Shown here piece after piece: positions 1 through 12,515 of a DNA stretch of 64,000 nt (position 1 is the stretch's first letter; each line of letters opens with the position of its first letter). Source of the stretch: the human T2T-CHM13v2.0 reference genome, Homo sapiens; the NCBI RefSeq assembly GCF_009914755.1, contig NC_060926.1, one strand, 5' to 3'. The notes under the pieces were generated by a model that searched no databases, was not told the origin of the DNA, and worked only from the letters and a program-made list of their open reading frames with translations. Both the position numbers and the translations under genes were made by a program.

Positions 1-623
1 GGGGGCATTGGCAATGCTTAACTCAAATAAATGACATTTTGACAATAAACTATTAGAACTGTGTGAAAACCGATTTAACTCCTTGCAGCAATAATAGCTT
101 GGCAACTGTGTAAGAACTCAGATTAGGAACTGCAAATCAATTGTCCAAAAGAAGTCTTTTCTTAAATCCAGATATAAGGTATAAGGAATGTAAGATGTTT
201 GGGCGGGGAAAAGGGAGTAAAGGTCACGCAGGCCACCTGGTGGCAATGTGTCAGAGAAGGAGCCAGAGCTTTGGGAAAAGTGAGGCTCACTGCCAACACT
301 GCAGGAAATCTTTGTGACACACTGGTGTGTCATGAAACAATGATTGGGTATCACTAATAACAAGCATTTCACTTAATGGTTTGGAATTCGGATATACTAC
401 ATAGCCTGCCCAACTACCCAGAACAGAGCAGAATTAGATCTGGGAAATCACCCTAGTTGCCCAATCCTCAGGGAATTCTCATCCTGTTGGATCCAGCAAG
501 CTGAGTTACGAGCTACTCTTCTCTTCTGAGGTTCCTGGCTTCTAGCTAACTGGTCACATCTCCGGGATGAGCACCTACTCTCACTGGTTTTGATACGAAT
601 ATTAAAAAAAAAAAAAATCTTTA

Positions 624-935
624 GACTGAGTGAGGTAGCTCACATCTGTGGTCCCAGCACTTTGGGAGGCCAAGACAGGTGGATCGCTTGGGCTCAAGAG
701 TTCAAGACCAGCCTGAGCAACATGGTGAAACCCTGTCTCTACAAAAAAATACAAAAACTAGCCAGGTGTGGTGGTGCACACCCATAGTCTCAGCTACTCG
801 GGAGGCTGAGGTAGGAGGATCGCTTGAGCCTGGAAGTTGAGGCTGCAATGAGCCGAGATTGTGCCACTGCACGTTAGCCTGGCCCACAGTGTGAGACCTT
901 GTCGCCAGAAAAAAACAAAACAAAACACAAAAAAA
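624..935 (+). mobile_element. AluJ
   Basis: Dimeric Alu with GGAGGATCGCTTGAGCC motif and A-rich tail. Confidence 0.85.
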
Positions 936-2026
936 CTTTAAAACAAGTTTGTTCACAGTTATGAGAACTTGAGTTCACTGAATTCAAGTTTTCAGCAACA
1001 AAATTCCATTTTTAGCTTCACAATTAAAACAAGTGAAATTTGGTCCAAATAACAAACATTAAGTGACACTGAGGTATAATTTTGATTCCTGGATTTACAT
1101 ACAGTATGTCAATGTTAAAGTGAAAAATAGGCTTCCGTTATGAAAGACACATTTGGTAAGCCACACTGCCTACATAAAATTTTCTGATTCTGATCTGCAG
1201 AAATGTGGCTTGGCTTTGGAGACTGTTCTTTTTCATATCATGTCTTCACAGTGCTATCTTAAAGCCTTTTGGCAACAATTCTTCATAAAGTGAATTTTAA
1301 TTCCCAAGTATATTTTAATATCAATCTTTCAACACAAAGCACTATAATTTCAAAGCAGTTTGGAATATCTAGGAACATGTCTGTGCAACTGAACTGCGCT
1401 TCCTCTTAAGTATGGCATTGTGCAATCCTCGTTTACTTTGGATTATGTGATAAGGACTCAGCTCCTAATCATTTTAATCTCACATTTTTATGACCCTTTT
1501 GTTTAAAGTCAATATTTTAATTGGCATATCAAGATCTGAATGGATCTTGGATTAGAAATTGTGTTTAAATTGAGAAAAGGGCATATACTAGTCAAATGAC
1601 TTCGATATGAGCACAGGAGCTGAATTTTCACTGTAGTAAAGGAGCTTGTTATAAAATAAAACGTTTAAAAGTAATGAAATAACATTCAATAGAAAAACTG
1701 TAGTCACTAGTTCATGAGAAGTGTTTAGCTGATACAGGATTCTAGTCCATTTAAAAAACAAATAAAAACCTCTACAACTACTGCTTTGGGCAATACATAT
1801 ATATTAAATTCAAAAATATTTTCAAAATCTTACTCTAGCCAATAGTTTCAGTCCATCCAATTACCAACTATTTCATCAACACTACTAAAAAATAGGGCAT
1901 GAGTGTGAGCTCCTTTTCCCCCCACATTGCTCACCCAAAACAAACAAACATGAAAGAAAGAGCCTTTGAGGGAGACAGAAAGGAAAAAAAAAAACAGCAA
2001 CGCACAGGTTAGAAAGAAGTCTCTAA

Positions 2027-2207
2027 CAGTGCTATCCATTAGAATTTTCTGTGACGATGAAAATATTCTACATCTGCAGTAATACAGTGGCCTCTAGCCA
2101 CATGCAGCTAATGGGCACTTGAAATATGGCTAGCATAACTAAGAAACTTAATTTTTAAGTAATTTAAATTTAAATAGAGTTTGTGGCTACCCTATTAGAC
2201 AGCACAG
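2027..2207. mobile_element. MER3-like hAT-Charlie non-autonomous DNA transposon
   Basis: cagtgctatccattagaattttctgtgacgatgaaaatattcta...ctagccacatg...gcacttgaaatatggctag...ttagacagcacag resembles the MER3 consensus with terminal inverted repeats. Confidence 0.75.
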
Positions 2208-3589
2208 GCTTATAATTAACTAAATCCCTGAAAAATGAAACTATTGTTTATGATCAGTTAAATATGGCAATTATCTTGCGGCCAGCAGGAGTCTAGAATT
2301 ATTTTTATCTAATGGTTATCTGATGATCTTTAAAAATCATTACTAAATCAGCCATGAAAAAGAGCTTGGACTACAAATAAATAAAAGGAGCTTTGACTTC
2401 CTGGTCAAAGATGGCCAGAAATGGTAAGAATCCCAGGGCAGAAAAGACAAGCCCGACCCTGAGTCCTATTGTTACTGTTCTGCCATCTTACCCAGCTTTC
2501 TCAGGAATTAGACATTTAAAGAGGACTGGTATTTTAGCCAGGGCAGTTCAACATGACCCCAACTTTCTACAGAATAAGTAGAACCAAGCAGAAATGAAAA
2601 GAAAGATCTTGCTAACTTTCTATGGAAAGAGTGGGGTTATTTTAAACTATCACTACACCTTAACTAAATAACCTACTGGATATACACTCTGTTGAGACCA
2701 TGAGCCCCTTATGGGGGACATATAAATATTTAATTGGGGTTTTATCTCTTTTTTATTGGTATACCAACAATTTTTTAATCATACAGTTATTATGCCTTAT
2801 GTGTGGTCCCGAATACTTTTATTCATTTAAGTTTCACAAACACTGAGGTAGGTGGAGAAGAAATTATTATCCTCATTTTATAGATTAAAAGAAAGGCTTG
2901 AAGTTAAGTGATTTGCCAAAGGTGACCCGAACATCAGTCCTCTGATTGTTATTCCACATCTCTTTCTTCAGAGTATTTAATAAAGGAACGATTATATAGT
3001 ATATTTTACTGTTTAATAGTTGGAATGCAATAGGAATGGCAGATTTTTATATTGTCCAAGCCTTAGGCTTTTCTTTGTATTTTGGAGGACCTTTTACATT
3101 AGAATTCCAGCCTTACTTTTTTCTGTCAAAAAAGGCACTTATTTTCAAGATCATCTCTGGCTATGAGAAAAGAAACCTATACTCCTCACATAAAAAGCAA
3201 GGAAAAGCAAGAAGTTATATGAGCAATTGAAATAGAATGATGGAAAATCTTGAATTATTTTAGGTCCAGACTGTATTAATCTTCTTTGCCTAAATTTCCT
3301 AGCACTCAAGAATGCATTCATTATAGTATCCTAATGACTTAGAGTGTGTAACTAAATGTTTCATCAATAGCCAAGTTATTATTTAATGAGAATGGATAAT
3401 TTGACTGGGGTATAGAGGAGCAGGAGGCAGTTTTGATAAGCATTACAGGATTCATCAAGTCACCTCCATGAGTCCAAGAGATTATCAATAAAGGTTTCAT
3501 GATTGCTACTTGACTTGAAAAAAGTTAAAGTCACCCAGTTTAACTGCTACAATGGTCCCTTCCAACTTAAGTAACATATGTAAGTAACT

Positions 3590-4060
3590 GTGATAGATAA
3601 TCTCCAATGAGCCACTGTCAACTCCTTCCTTTCTGGTACTCACCAGAAAAAGTAGAATCTACCTCGTCTCTGCTCGAATTTGGGCTGGCATGGTGAGTGG
3701 CTTTGACCAATAATGTGTAGTAGAGGTGATGCTGCTCCTGGCAGCTTATTCCTCTCCTCTTGGAAGCTGACCACCATGTAAAAAGTCCAAGTATCTTGAG
3801 ACCACTGACCTGTGAGAAAGGCCAAGCTCCCCGTGTAGAGAGAGAAATGCTAACAATAAAGCAAGGGGCACCAGCCATTAAAAGGGAAACCTTCCTAATA
3901 TTCTAGCCCATCCAAGCTGCCTGCTGAATGCAGCCCACTGCCTCACCCAGATGATGACATGTGGAACAGCCAACTGCCCCTCCAAATTCCTGAGCCACAG
4001 AATCATGAGAAATAATAAATCATTACTTTTTTAAGCCACAAAGTTTTGGGTTGATATGTT
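3590..4060 (+). mobile_element. MLT1-type (MaLR) solo LTR
   Basis: Ends with the typical MLT1 3' motif cacagaatcatgagaaataataaat...ttttaagccacaaagttttggg. Confidence 0.7.
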
Positions 4061-5756
4061 TTATCTATTACCTTACTTGATTACCAAGCTTGCTACTTCT
4101 CCTTTTTATTCTGAATTTTAAAAGTAACTTGAAAAGTAGTAATCTCTCTTTCTCTCATTCTTAATACAAGAACTAACTTTCAGCTGTCCATTTTCACTCA
4201 AGTTTAAATATGGCTGAACACAAATATTTCCGAGGGTGCTGCTGTCATGGAAAAGGCCCACCCAGACAGAAAGCTCATCCCTGAGGTTTCCTGCTACATT
4301 CGTCCCATTCTTATTGCCACCATCTAATAAAAATAAAATTTTAAAGGAGCTAACAGAATAATGGGCTCCTGGAAAAGCATAGCCTCCATTTTCACATTGT
4401 TTGAAGACAATGTGTTTAGCAAAAGAATCTGTAGCTAAGGTCTTTATACAGAAATTTGAAGGGCAATGAAGAAAAATAACCAGACGAACCTGGGGAGCAT
4501 AGCTAGAGAAGTCTACAATGCTCAAAGGGAATACTCTCCAAGGTAAAACCTACTGTATAGTGCCCCATTCATTTAGCTTGGACCCTGGAAGAGCGATGTT
4601 AAAGGAAAAAAAGAAAACTTATACAGAAATAGAATAGCAAATTGACAACTACTATCCCAAAGGCCGCCATCCCAGAACTTCATGGTTGCCCTTAGGGACA
4701 CCAAACTTATCTCCACCACTGCCACCTGCTTCATTTTTGGTCTAGTTTGTTGCTCCCACCTGAGCCCTTCTAAAGGAACTCTTGAGAAGGGAGAAGTGCA
4801 AAGCCTAGATTGTTCTCATTTTTCTTGAAGTCCCTCCCAGTTTTGCACAATTAGCAAGAATAGTATATAAACCATAGGAAAGTAATATAGAATCCACAAA
4901 GCAGTCTACCTAATGCCTCACTCAATTTCAAAAATTGCCAGTTCTGTCAGAAATGTCAACACTCCAATCAAGTATTCACTACACAGAATCTTCATCTTTC
5001 CATCAGTAACAGTGAAGGAGTAACAGATGTTAAAATATGACCAACTTTGTGCCTGACAAATGAATCTTGAAATATCCGTAGCAATATGAACAAAGGCAGT
5101 ATGTGAATACGACACTTCGTCTGGATCGACTTCCCAAGGGTTTGATGGACAATGTCTCAGAACATTTTTGCATCTTAAGAATGTATAACATAGATGTTCA
5201 AATTCTGAGGGCTACAGATACAAAGGAATGGTCCATATTGCCTGTGCTAAACACATAGCTGTCATTCAGGAAAAATCACAGGCACTGATTATCAAGGGAC
5301 CTGAGTTATATGTCACAGTTTTTCTAAAGTCAAGTTCCAATTATCGCCATATTGATACTACCTCATTTAAGGGATTAATGATACACAAGTGAAATTCTCT
5401 AAAACAGTTTCTAAGAGCCTGACTCTTAAAAGGCAGGAGAATCACCTTGTTCATACCACTTTTACTCCTGTGATCAGGGAGATTAGCTAAGATTTTTGAC
5501 AGGACCTGGACAAAAACTAAGAAATGCCTTAGGGTCCTCCTGTTCCTACCATTGCTGGAAGGGAAGAAGTCACTTTGATGTTGATACCCTCTCTAACTTC
5601 TCAAGTCCTTTTTCTTTTCAGTAGCACTGAAAGCATTCAGAAGTAAAGAATATTCTTCGAGATCATTATAGCAGACTCCATAGGGGAATCAAGTTATATA
5701 AAAAGTCCATTGTTTATGCAGACGAAAGGCAATCTTCAGAGGCTCAATACTTTCTT

Positions 5757-7604
5757 TTTTTTTTTTTTTTTATTGATCATTCTTGGGTGTTTCTCGCAGA
5801 GGGGGATTTGGCAGGGTCACAGGACAATAGTGGAGGGAAGGTCAGCAGATAAACAAGTGAACAAAGGTCTCTGGTTTTCCTAGGCAGAGGACCCTGCGGC
5901 CTTCCGCAGTGTTTGTGTCCCTGGGTACTTGAGATTAGGGAGTGGTGATGACTCTTAACGAGCATGCTGCCTTCAAGCATCTGTTTAACAAAGCACATCT
6001 TGCACCGCCCTTAATCCATTCAACCCTGAGTGGACACAGCACATGTTTCAGAGAGCACAGGATTGGGGATAAGGTCACCAATCAACAGGATCCCAAGGCA
6101 GAAGAATTTTTCTTAGTACAGAACAAAATGAAAAGTCTCCCATGTCTACCTCTTTCTACACAGACATGGCAACCATCCGATTTCTCAGTCTTTTCCCCAC
6201 CTTTCCCCCCTTTCTATTCCACAAAACCGCCATTGTCATCATGGCCCGTTCTCAATGAGCTGTTGGGTATACCTCCCAGATGGGGTGGTGGCCGGGCAGA
6301 GGGGCTCCTCACTTCCCAGTAGGCGCGGCCGGGCAGAGGCGCCCCTCACCTCCCGGACAGGGCGGCTGGCCGGACGGGGGGCTGACTCCCCCCACCTCCC
6401 TCCTGGACAGGGCGGCTGGCCGGGCAGAGGGGCTCCTCACTTCCCAGTAGGGGCGGCCGGGCAGAGGCGCCCCTCACCTCCCGGACGGGGCGGCTGGCCA
6501 GGCGGGGGGCTGACCCCCCAATCTCCCTCCTGGACGGGGCAGCTGGCCGAGCAGAGGGGCTCCTCACTTCCCAGTAGGGGCGGCCGGGCAGAGGCACCCC
6601 TCACCTGCCGGATGGGGCGGCTGGCCGGGCGGGGGGCTGATCCCCCCACCTCCCTCCCGGACGGGGCGGCTGGCCGGACGGGGGGCTGACCCCCCCACCT
6701 CCCTCTCGGACGAGGTGGCTGCCGGACGGAGACGCTCCTCACTTCCCAGACGGGGTGGCTGCTGGGCGGAAGGGCTCCTCACTTCTCAGACAGGGCGGCT
6801 GCCGGGCGGAAGGGCTCCTCACTTCTCAGACGGGGCGGTTGCCAGGCAGAGGGTCTCCTCACTTCTCAGACGGGGCGGCCGGGCAGAGACGCCCCTCACA
6901 TCCCGGACGGGGCGGCAGGGCAGAGGTGCTCCCCACATCTCAGACGATGGGCAGCCGGGCAGAGACGCTCCTCACTTCCCAGATGTGATGGCGGCCGGGA
7001 GGAGGCGCTCCTCACTTCCTAGATGGGATGGCGGCCGGGCAGAGACGCTCCTCACTTTCCAGACTGGGCAGCCAGGCAGAGGGGCTCCTCACATCCCAGA
7101 CGATGGGCGGCCAGGCGGAGACGCTCCTCACTTCCCGGACGGGGTGGCGGCCGGGCAGAGGCTGCAATCTCGGCACTTTGGGAGGCCAAGGCAGGCTGCT
7201 GGGAGGTGGAGGTTGTAGCAAGCCGAGATCATGCCACTGCACTCCAGCCTGGGCACCACTGAGCACTGAGTGAACGAGACTCCGTCTGCAATCCCAGCAC
7301 CTTGGGAGGCCGAGGCTGGCGGATCACTCGCGGTTAGGAGCTGGAGACCAGCCCGGCCAACACAGCGAAACCCCGTCTCCACCAAAAAAATACGAAAACC
7401 AGTCAGGCGTGGCGGCGCGCGCCTGCAATCGCAGGCACTCGGCAAGCTGAGGCAGGAGAATCAGGCAGGGAGGTTGCAGTGAGCCGAGATGGCAGCAGTA
7501 CCGTCCAGCTTCGGCTCGGCATCAGAGGGAGACCGTGGAAAGAGAGGGAGAGGGAGACCGTGGAGAGGGGAGAGGGGAGAGGGGAGAGGGGAGAGGGGAG
7601 AGGG
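5757..7604 (-). mobile_element. Full-length SVA retrotransposon, younger type (SVA_D/E/F-like), sense to RBMS1
   Basis: On the minus strand: CT-rich head (7563-7604), Alu-like region (~7160-7500), long GC-rich VNTR (~6280-7160), SINE-R (5775-6270), AATAAA at 5774-5769 and A-tail. Carries young-type motifs GCCGAAGCTGGACGGTACTGCTG and GGCAACCATCCGATTTCTC. Confidence 0.95.
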
Positions 7605-7605
7605 C

Positions 7606-7703
7606 TTTTTTCTTTTTTTCCCTGAGACAGAGTCTCACTCTGTTGCCCAGGCTAGAGTGCAGTGGCGTGATCTCGGCTCACTGCAAGCTCTGCCTCCTGG
7701 GTT
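7606..7703 (-). mobile_element. Alu 3' fragment (AluY-type GAGCTTGCAG motif) with short A-rich tail, abutting the SVA 5' end
   Basis: gagacagagtctcactctgttgcccaggctagagtgcagtggcgtgatctcggctcactgcaagctctgcctcctgggtt; lies inside the duplication 5743-5756/7704-7717. Confidence 0.9.
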
Positions 7704-8374
7704 CTCAATACTTTCTTATAATTGTGAACATAAAGGATTTATCCTTCTCCATTAGGAAGCCTGACCACATGAACTTCATCTCCTATCTGAGGCAGGACCC
7801 AACATCCCTGGCCTCAAGAAACAATGCACAAGAACAATTCTGACACCTAAAACGAATCCAGCATCCCTGACTTGATGATGCTTCCACCTCAGCTCCACCT
7901 TCAGCATACACTTACCAACTGATCTTTCATCCATCGTTTGACTCCCAAGCTGAAGAACACCTCAAATACCCCAGGAAGGATCTCCATGTACCACCTTCTC
8001 CACTGGATGAGGCATGAGGGTCGCCATATTTACTGCTAGCAAAGCCTGTCCCCATCTCTCCCCCACCCTCACCAAAATCTAGTCACTCTAAAATGGCCTC
8101 TCCGGTGATGTCCCTAGATCTGCTGGCACAGAAGTGGAAATATACAGTACTTTCCATTTCCATTTCCTTAGTAGGTTGTTGACTCGAGGTCACTCTCTGT
8201 AACATTCTTTCTAGGGATTCTTATAGCACAGACGTATTTGTGCACATTGGAGGCAGCTATCACCTTCTCCCAAGAAATCTCACTTACAACATCTTCTCAC
8301 ATCCTCTAGGTTTCCATCTTGGATTATTCATCAGTGTGTAATCATTTTAGCAGGGGAAGGTAGATTGTTTTGCT

Positions 8375-9855
8375 TTTTAAAAAAATTGAGATATAATTAA
8401 CAGAATAAAATACATAGATCTTAAGTGTTCAGTTCATGAGTTTTGACAATTGTATACAGTTGTGTAACCACCACTGAAAACAAGACATGAGACATTCCCT
8501 TCCACGAGTGTTCCCTCATGTCCCTTTCCTGTCAACTCCCTCTCCAACCACTGTCTGATGTCTGTCATCATAGAGGAGTTTTGCCAGTATCTGGATTTCA
8601 TGTAGATGAAATCACAGGATAAAGTCGTTTTTTTGCAACTGGCTTCTTTCACTTGGAGTGTTTTTGAGAGTCATCAATATTGTTGCCTGAATCAGTTGCT
8701 TGTTCTTTTTTTATTGCTAAGTAGTATGACATTTTAAGATAATTTGTTTACCCATTCTCCTGTTAATGGACATTTGGATTGTTTCCAGTTTGGGGCTTTA
8801 AAAATAAGGCTGCTAAAACATCTTTATGTAAGTCTTTTTTGTGAACCTATGTTTTTATTTCTTGTTGGTAAATACCTAAGGGTGGTATTTCTGGGTCATA
8901 CCAGGTAAATGTATTAAACGTATGTTTAACTTTTAAGAGGCCGGGCACAGTGACTCACACCTGTAATCTCAGCACTTTGGGAGGCCAAGGCAGGAGCACT
9001 GCTTGAGGCCAGGAGTTCAAGACCAACCTGGGGAACATGGCAAGACTGCATCTCTATAAAAAATTTAAAAAATTATCTGGGTATAGTGGCATGTGCCTGT
9101 AGTTGCAGCTACTAGGGAGGCTATGGCAGGAAGATCTCTTGAGCCCAAGATTTGAGGCTGCAGTGAGCTATGCTCACACCACTGCACTCCAGCCTAGGCA
9201 ACAGAGTGAGACGAAAACTTTATAAGAAACTGCTGAACAGTTCTCTAACATAGTTAGACCACTTTACATTTCCACTATGATTAAGAATACCAAGTGCTAT
9301 ACATCCTCCCTAACAGTAGGTGTTGGCCGTCTTTTTTATGTTATCTATTCTAGTGAATGTGAAATGGCCTCGAATTATGGCTATAATTTGCATTTTCCCT
9401 GATATCTAATGATGTGAAGCACCTTTTTCAAGGTTACTAGCCATTCATATATCTTCTTTTGTGCAGTGCCTTTTCAAGTATTTAATTGGATTGTTTGTCT
9501 TTTTATGGTAGATTTGTAGAAATCCTTTATGTATTCCAGATCCAAATACTTTGTCAGATATATATGCTATGAACATTTTCCAAGTTGGAACCTGTCTATT
9601 CAGTTTCTTAAAGATAGTATATGTTGGTAAGCAGAAATGTTTAATTTTGATAATGTCCGATTTATCAATTTTTTGTTTATGATCTGTGCTTTTTATGTCA
9701 TGTGCAAAAAAGCTTTGCCTACTCTGAGATCACAATGACACTTCCATGTCTTCTTCCAGAAGATTTACAGTTCCAAGTTTATATTCGGGTTTATAACTCA
9801 ATTCAAATTAAATTTTTAGTATAGAAATAGGTATAAAATTTCATTTTTTTCCCAG
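8375..9855 (-). mobile_element. Old L1M (L1MB/MC/ME-like) 3' fragment interrupted by an AluJ
   Basis: Typical antisense L1 3'UTR/ORF2 text (ttgagatataatt...cttaagtgttcagttc...catttggattgtttccagtttgggg...atttgcattttccctgatatctaatgatgt). Confidence 0.8.
8939..9212 (+). mobile_element. AluJ inserted in L1, nearly tailless
   Basis: Dimeric Alu; flanks aacttttaaga / aacttttataaga resemble a decayed TSD. Confidence 0.85.
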
Positions 9856-10420
9856 AGAGACTGCTTCTTAGTACTACATTTGCCCATAGTTTGGGAAATA
9901 GTAGTATCCAGTGTATTTGAAATCTAATTTAAACACCTTAGTTTACATGTAAGTTGTACATGCCCACGCCATGCTGATTTTATTTTCTGCTGCATTCAAC
10001 ATTCTAGTAGAACTAGCCATCCCAATACTGAGAAGTATTACAAGGATAGATCATTTAAACTGCACATCCTACAGCAGCTAGAGACTTTGCGTTATATAAA
10101 TATTTCACTTTGATTTTTTTAAAGCAGGAGCTCAGATATAAAAAGACTCTTAGGTTCTAATTTTAGTGAAAGTCTTATAATTTGACTCATAAGTACAACT
10201 ATTTAGAATGAAATGTTTCTAAGTGTAAAATATCCACGACTTGTTCCTGTACTTGAAATGGAATAGAGAGGCAACAGGAGGCCCAACGCAGGCAGCAGAA
10301 GGCAGGAAGGAACAACCGCCTGCTAGAAAGGGCACTAAGGGAACTCATGGGCAGTTTCTTTCTTTTTTTCTCCTTCTTGTTTCTTTTTAAACCCTGCCTG
10401 CCAAATTAAAATGACCTTGA

Positions 10421-10774
<354 letters not shown>

Positions 10775-10854
10775 TTAGAAGCAGCCCAGAAGAACTGAAG
10801 ACAGCCTCATAGTATAATGACAATCATGAAAGATTTGAAAATCAGTTAAGCATG

Positions 10855-11286
10855 TGCTATAGTCTGAATATTTGTCCCCACCCAAATCTCATGTTGAAAT
10901 GTGATCTCCAATGTTGGCGATGCAGCCTGATGGGAGGTGTTTGGATCGTGGGGGTGGATCCCTCTTGAATAGCCTGGGCCATCTCCTGGTGATGAGTGAG
11001 CTCTTGATCTGAGTTCACACCGAGATCTGGTCATTTAAAAGTGTGTGGCACCTCCCCCCACCCCCACTCTCTCTCTGGTTCCTGCTTTCGCCATGTGAAG
11101 TGCCTGCTCTGGCTTTGCCTTCTGTCACGAGTCAAAGCTCCCTAAGGCCTCCCCAGAAGCTAAGCAGATGCCGATGCCATGCTTCCTGTACAGTCTGCAG
11201 AACTGTGAACCAATCAAACCTCTTTTCTGCATAAATTACCCAGCCTCAGATATTTCTTTATAGCAATGCAAGAATGGCCTAGCACA
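10855..11286 (+). mobile_element. MST (MSTA/B-like) MaLR solo LTR
   Basis: tgctatagtctgaatatttgtccccacccaaatctcatgttgaaatgtgatc...cccagcctcagatatttctttatagcaatgcaagaatggcctagcaca. Confidence 0.85.
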
Positions 11287-11904
11287 GTGTGCTTTCTGTC
11301 ACATTTTAATTCAAATTCCATTAACACAAGAAATAGAATATTGGTCAATGAATTAGGCCACTCTACTTTACTTGTAGAGTTTCTGTACTTGTAGTACTTG
11401 TACTTCTGTACTTCTGTACTTGCAGAAACTCTACTTGTAGAGTTTCTGGTAAGATGTCAACTGCTCTCTACTTAGCTTTCCCAGATACTAACTCAATGGG
11501 GATATCTTTGACCCCAAACTCTCTTTAGGAAGAGTCCAAAGATTGCTGGATTTCTTGTTATGAATGAAGTACTTTGATTTCCACAGTAATAAGGTCTACA
11601 ACAACATTCTGTTTTTTATTGTACAGGTAGAAAACCAGTGTGTGTGTGTGCGTATAAGAGTTAAGTGGGAAAATGGAACAACTTCTTTACAAATATTATA
11701 AAATACATTTTATAAAATAAAACACACTCTATTCCCTTATATTTAAGCATCTATCAAGATTCATGGAGAAATTTTTCAAAGCATACTCTGAATCCTGATG
11801 CCAAAAATCATTTGATATGTAAACATAAAGTACGTGGAAACCACATACATAAAATCATAAAAGTCTCAGCTAAAAGCACAAATATCTAGTTACATATTTA
11901 TTAA

Positions 11905-12112
11905 TAATAACTAACTTTTATTGAGCACTTTATAAATGCCATATACTGTTCTGTGTACTTTGCGTGTCTTACTCAACTCATTTATTCAACATGATAAAGC
12001 TGTGAAATTACTATCGCTATTCTCAGTTTACAGAAAACCGAGAAACAAAAAGGGCAACTTGCCCCGGATTACATTCAAACTCAGGCAGTCTGACTCCAGA
12101 ACCCACTGCCTT
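11905..12112 (-). mobile_element. MIR
   Basis: tttattgagcact...tttacagaaaaccgag...aacttgccc...attcaaactcaggcagtctgactccaga, an antisense MIR core. Confidence 0.75.
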
Positions 12113-12114
12113 TG

Positions 12115-12515
12115 TGCTGTGCACTGAACTGTGTCTCCCAAAAATGGCTATGTTGAAGACCTTACTCCTACTATGACTGTATTTGGAGACAGGGGCTGTA
12201 GGAGGTAATTAAAGTTAAATGAGGTCAAAAGGCTGGGGCCCTAATCCTACAGGTCTGGTGGCCTTACAAGAAGAGGAAGAGAGAGGAAGAGATCCCCCAA
12301 CCCCAGCACCAAACACATATGCACTAAGGAAGGACACATGCGCACACAGCAAGGAGACACCCTTGGCAAGCCAGGAAGAGCCCTCACTAGAACCTGACCA
12401 TGCTGGCACCCCGATCTTGGACTCCCATCCTCCAGAACTGTGAAAAAACAAATTTCTGCTGTTTAAACCACCCAGTCTATGGTATCTTGTTATGGCAGCC
12501 CGAGCAGACTAATCA
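12115..12515 (+). mobile_element. MLT1A/B-like MaLR solo LTR
   Basis: tgaactgtgtctccc...gtatttggagacagggg...aaatttctgctgtttaaaccacccagtctatggtatcttgttatggcagcccgagcagactaa. Confidence 0.85.

Noticed and set aside
4118-4525. 135-aa minus-strand ORF in unique sequence
   Set aside because: Non-ATG start, no recognisable domain and no convincing splice signals; a length expected by chance.
6280-7160. Repeat-spacer-like array (GCTCCTCACTTCCCAG units) superficially resembling CRISPR
   Set aside because: This is the SVA VNTR: the spacers are themselves repetitive, the context is eukaryotic and there are no cas genes.
5777-7843. Many overlapping 70-170 aa ORFs
   Set aside because: All lie within the GC-rich SVA VNTR/Alu-like/SINE-R sequence, a standard source of spurious ORFs.
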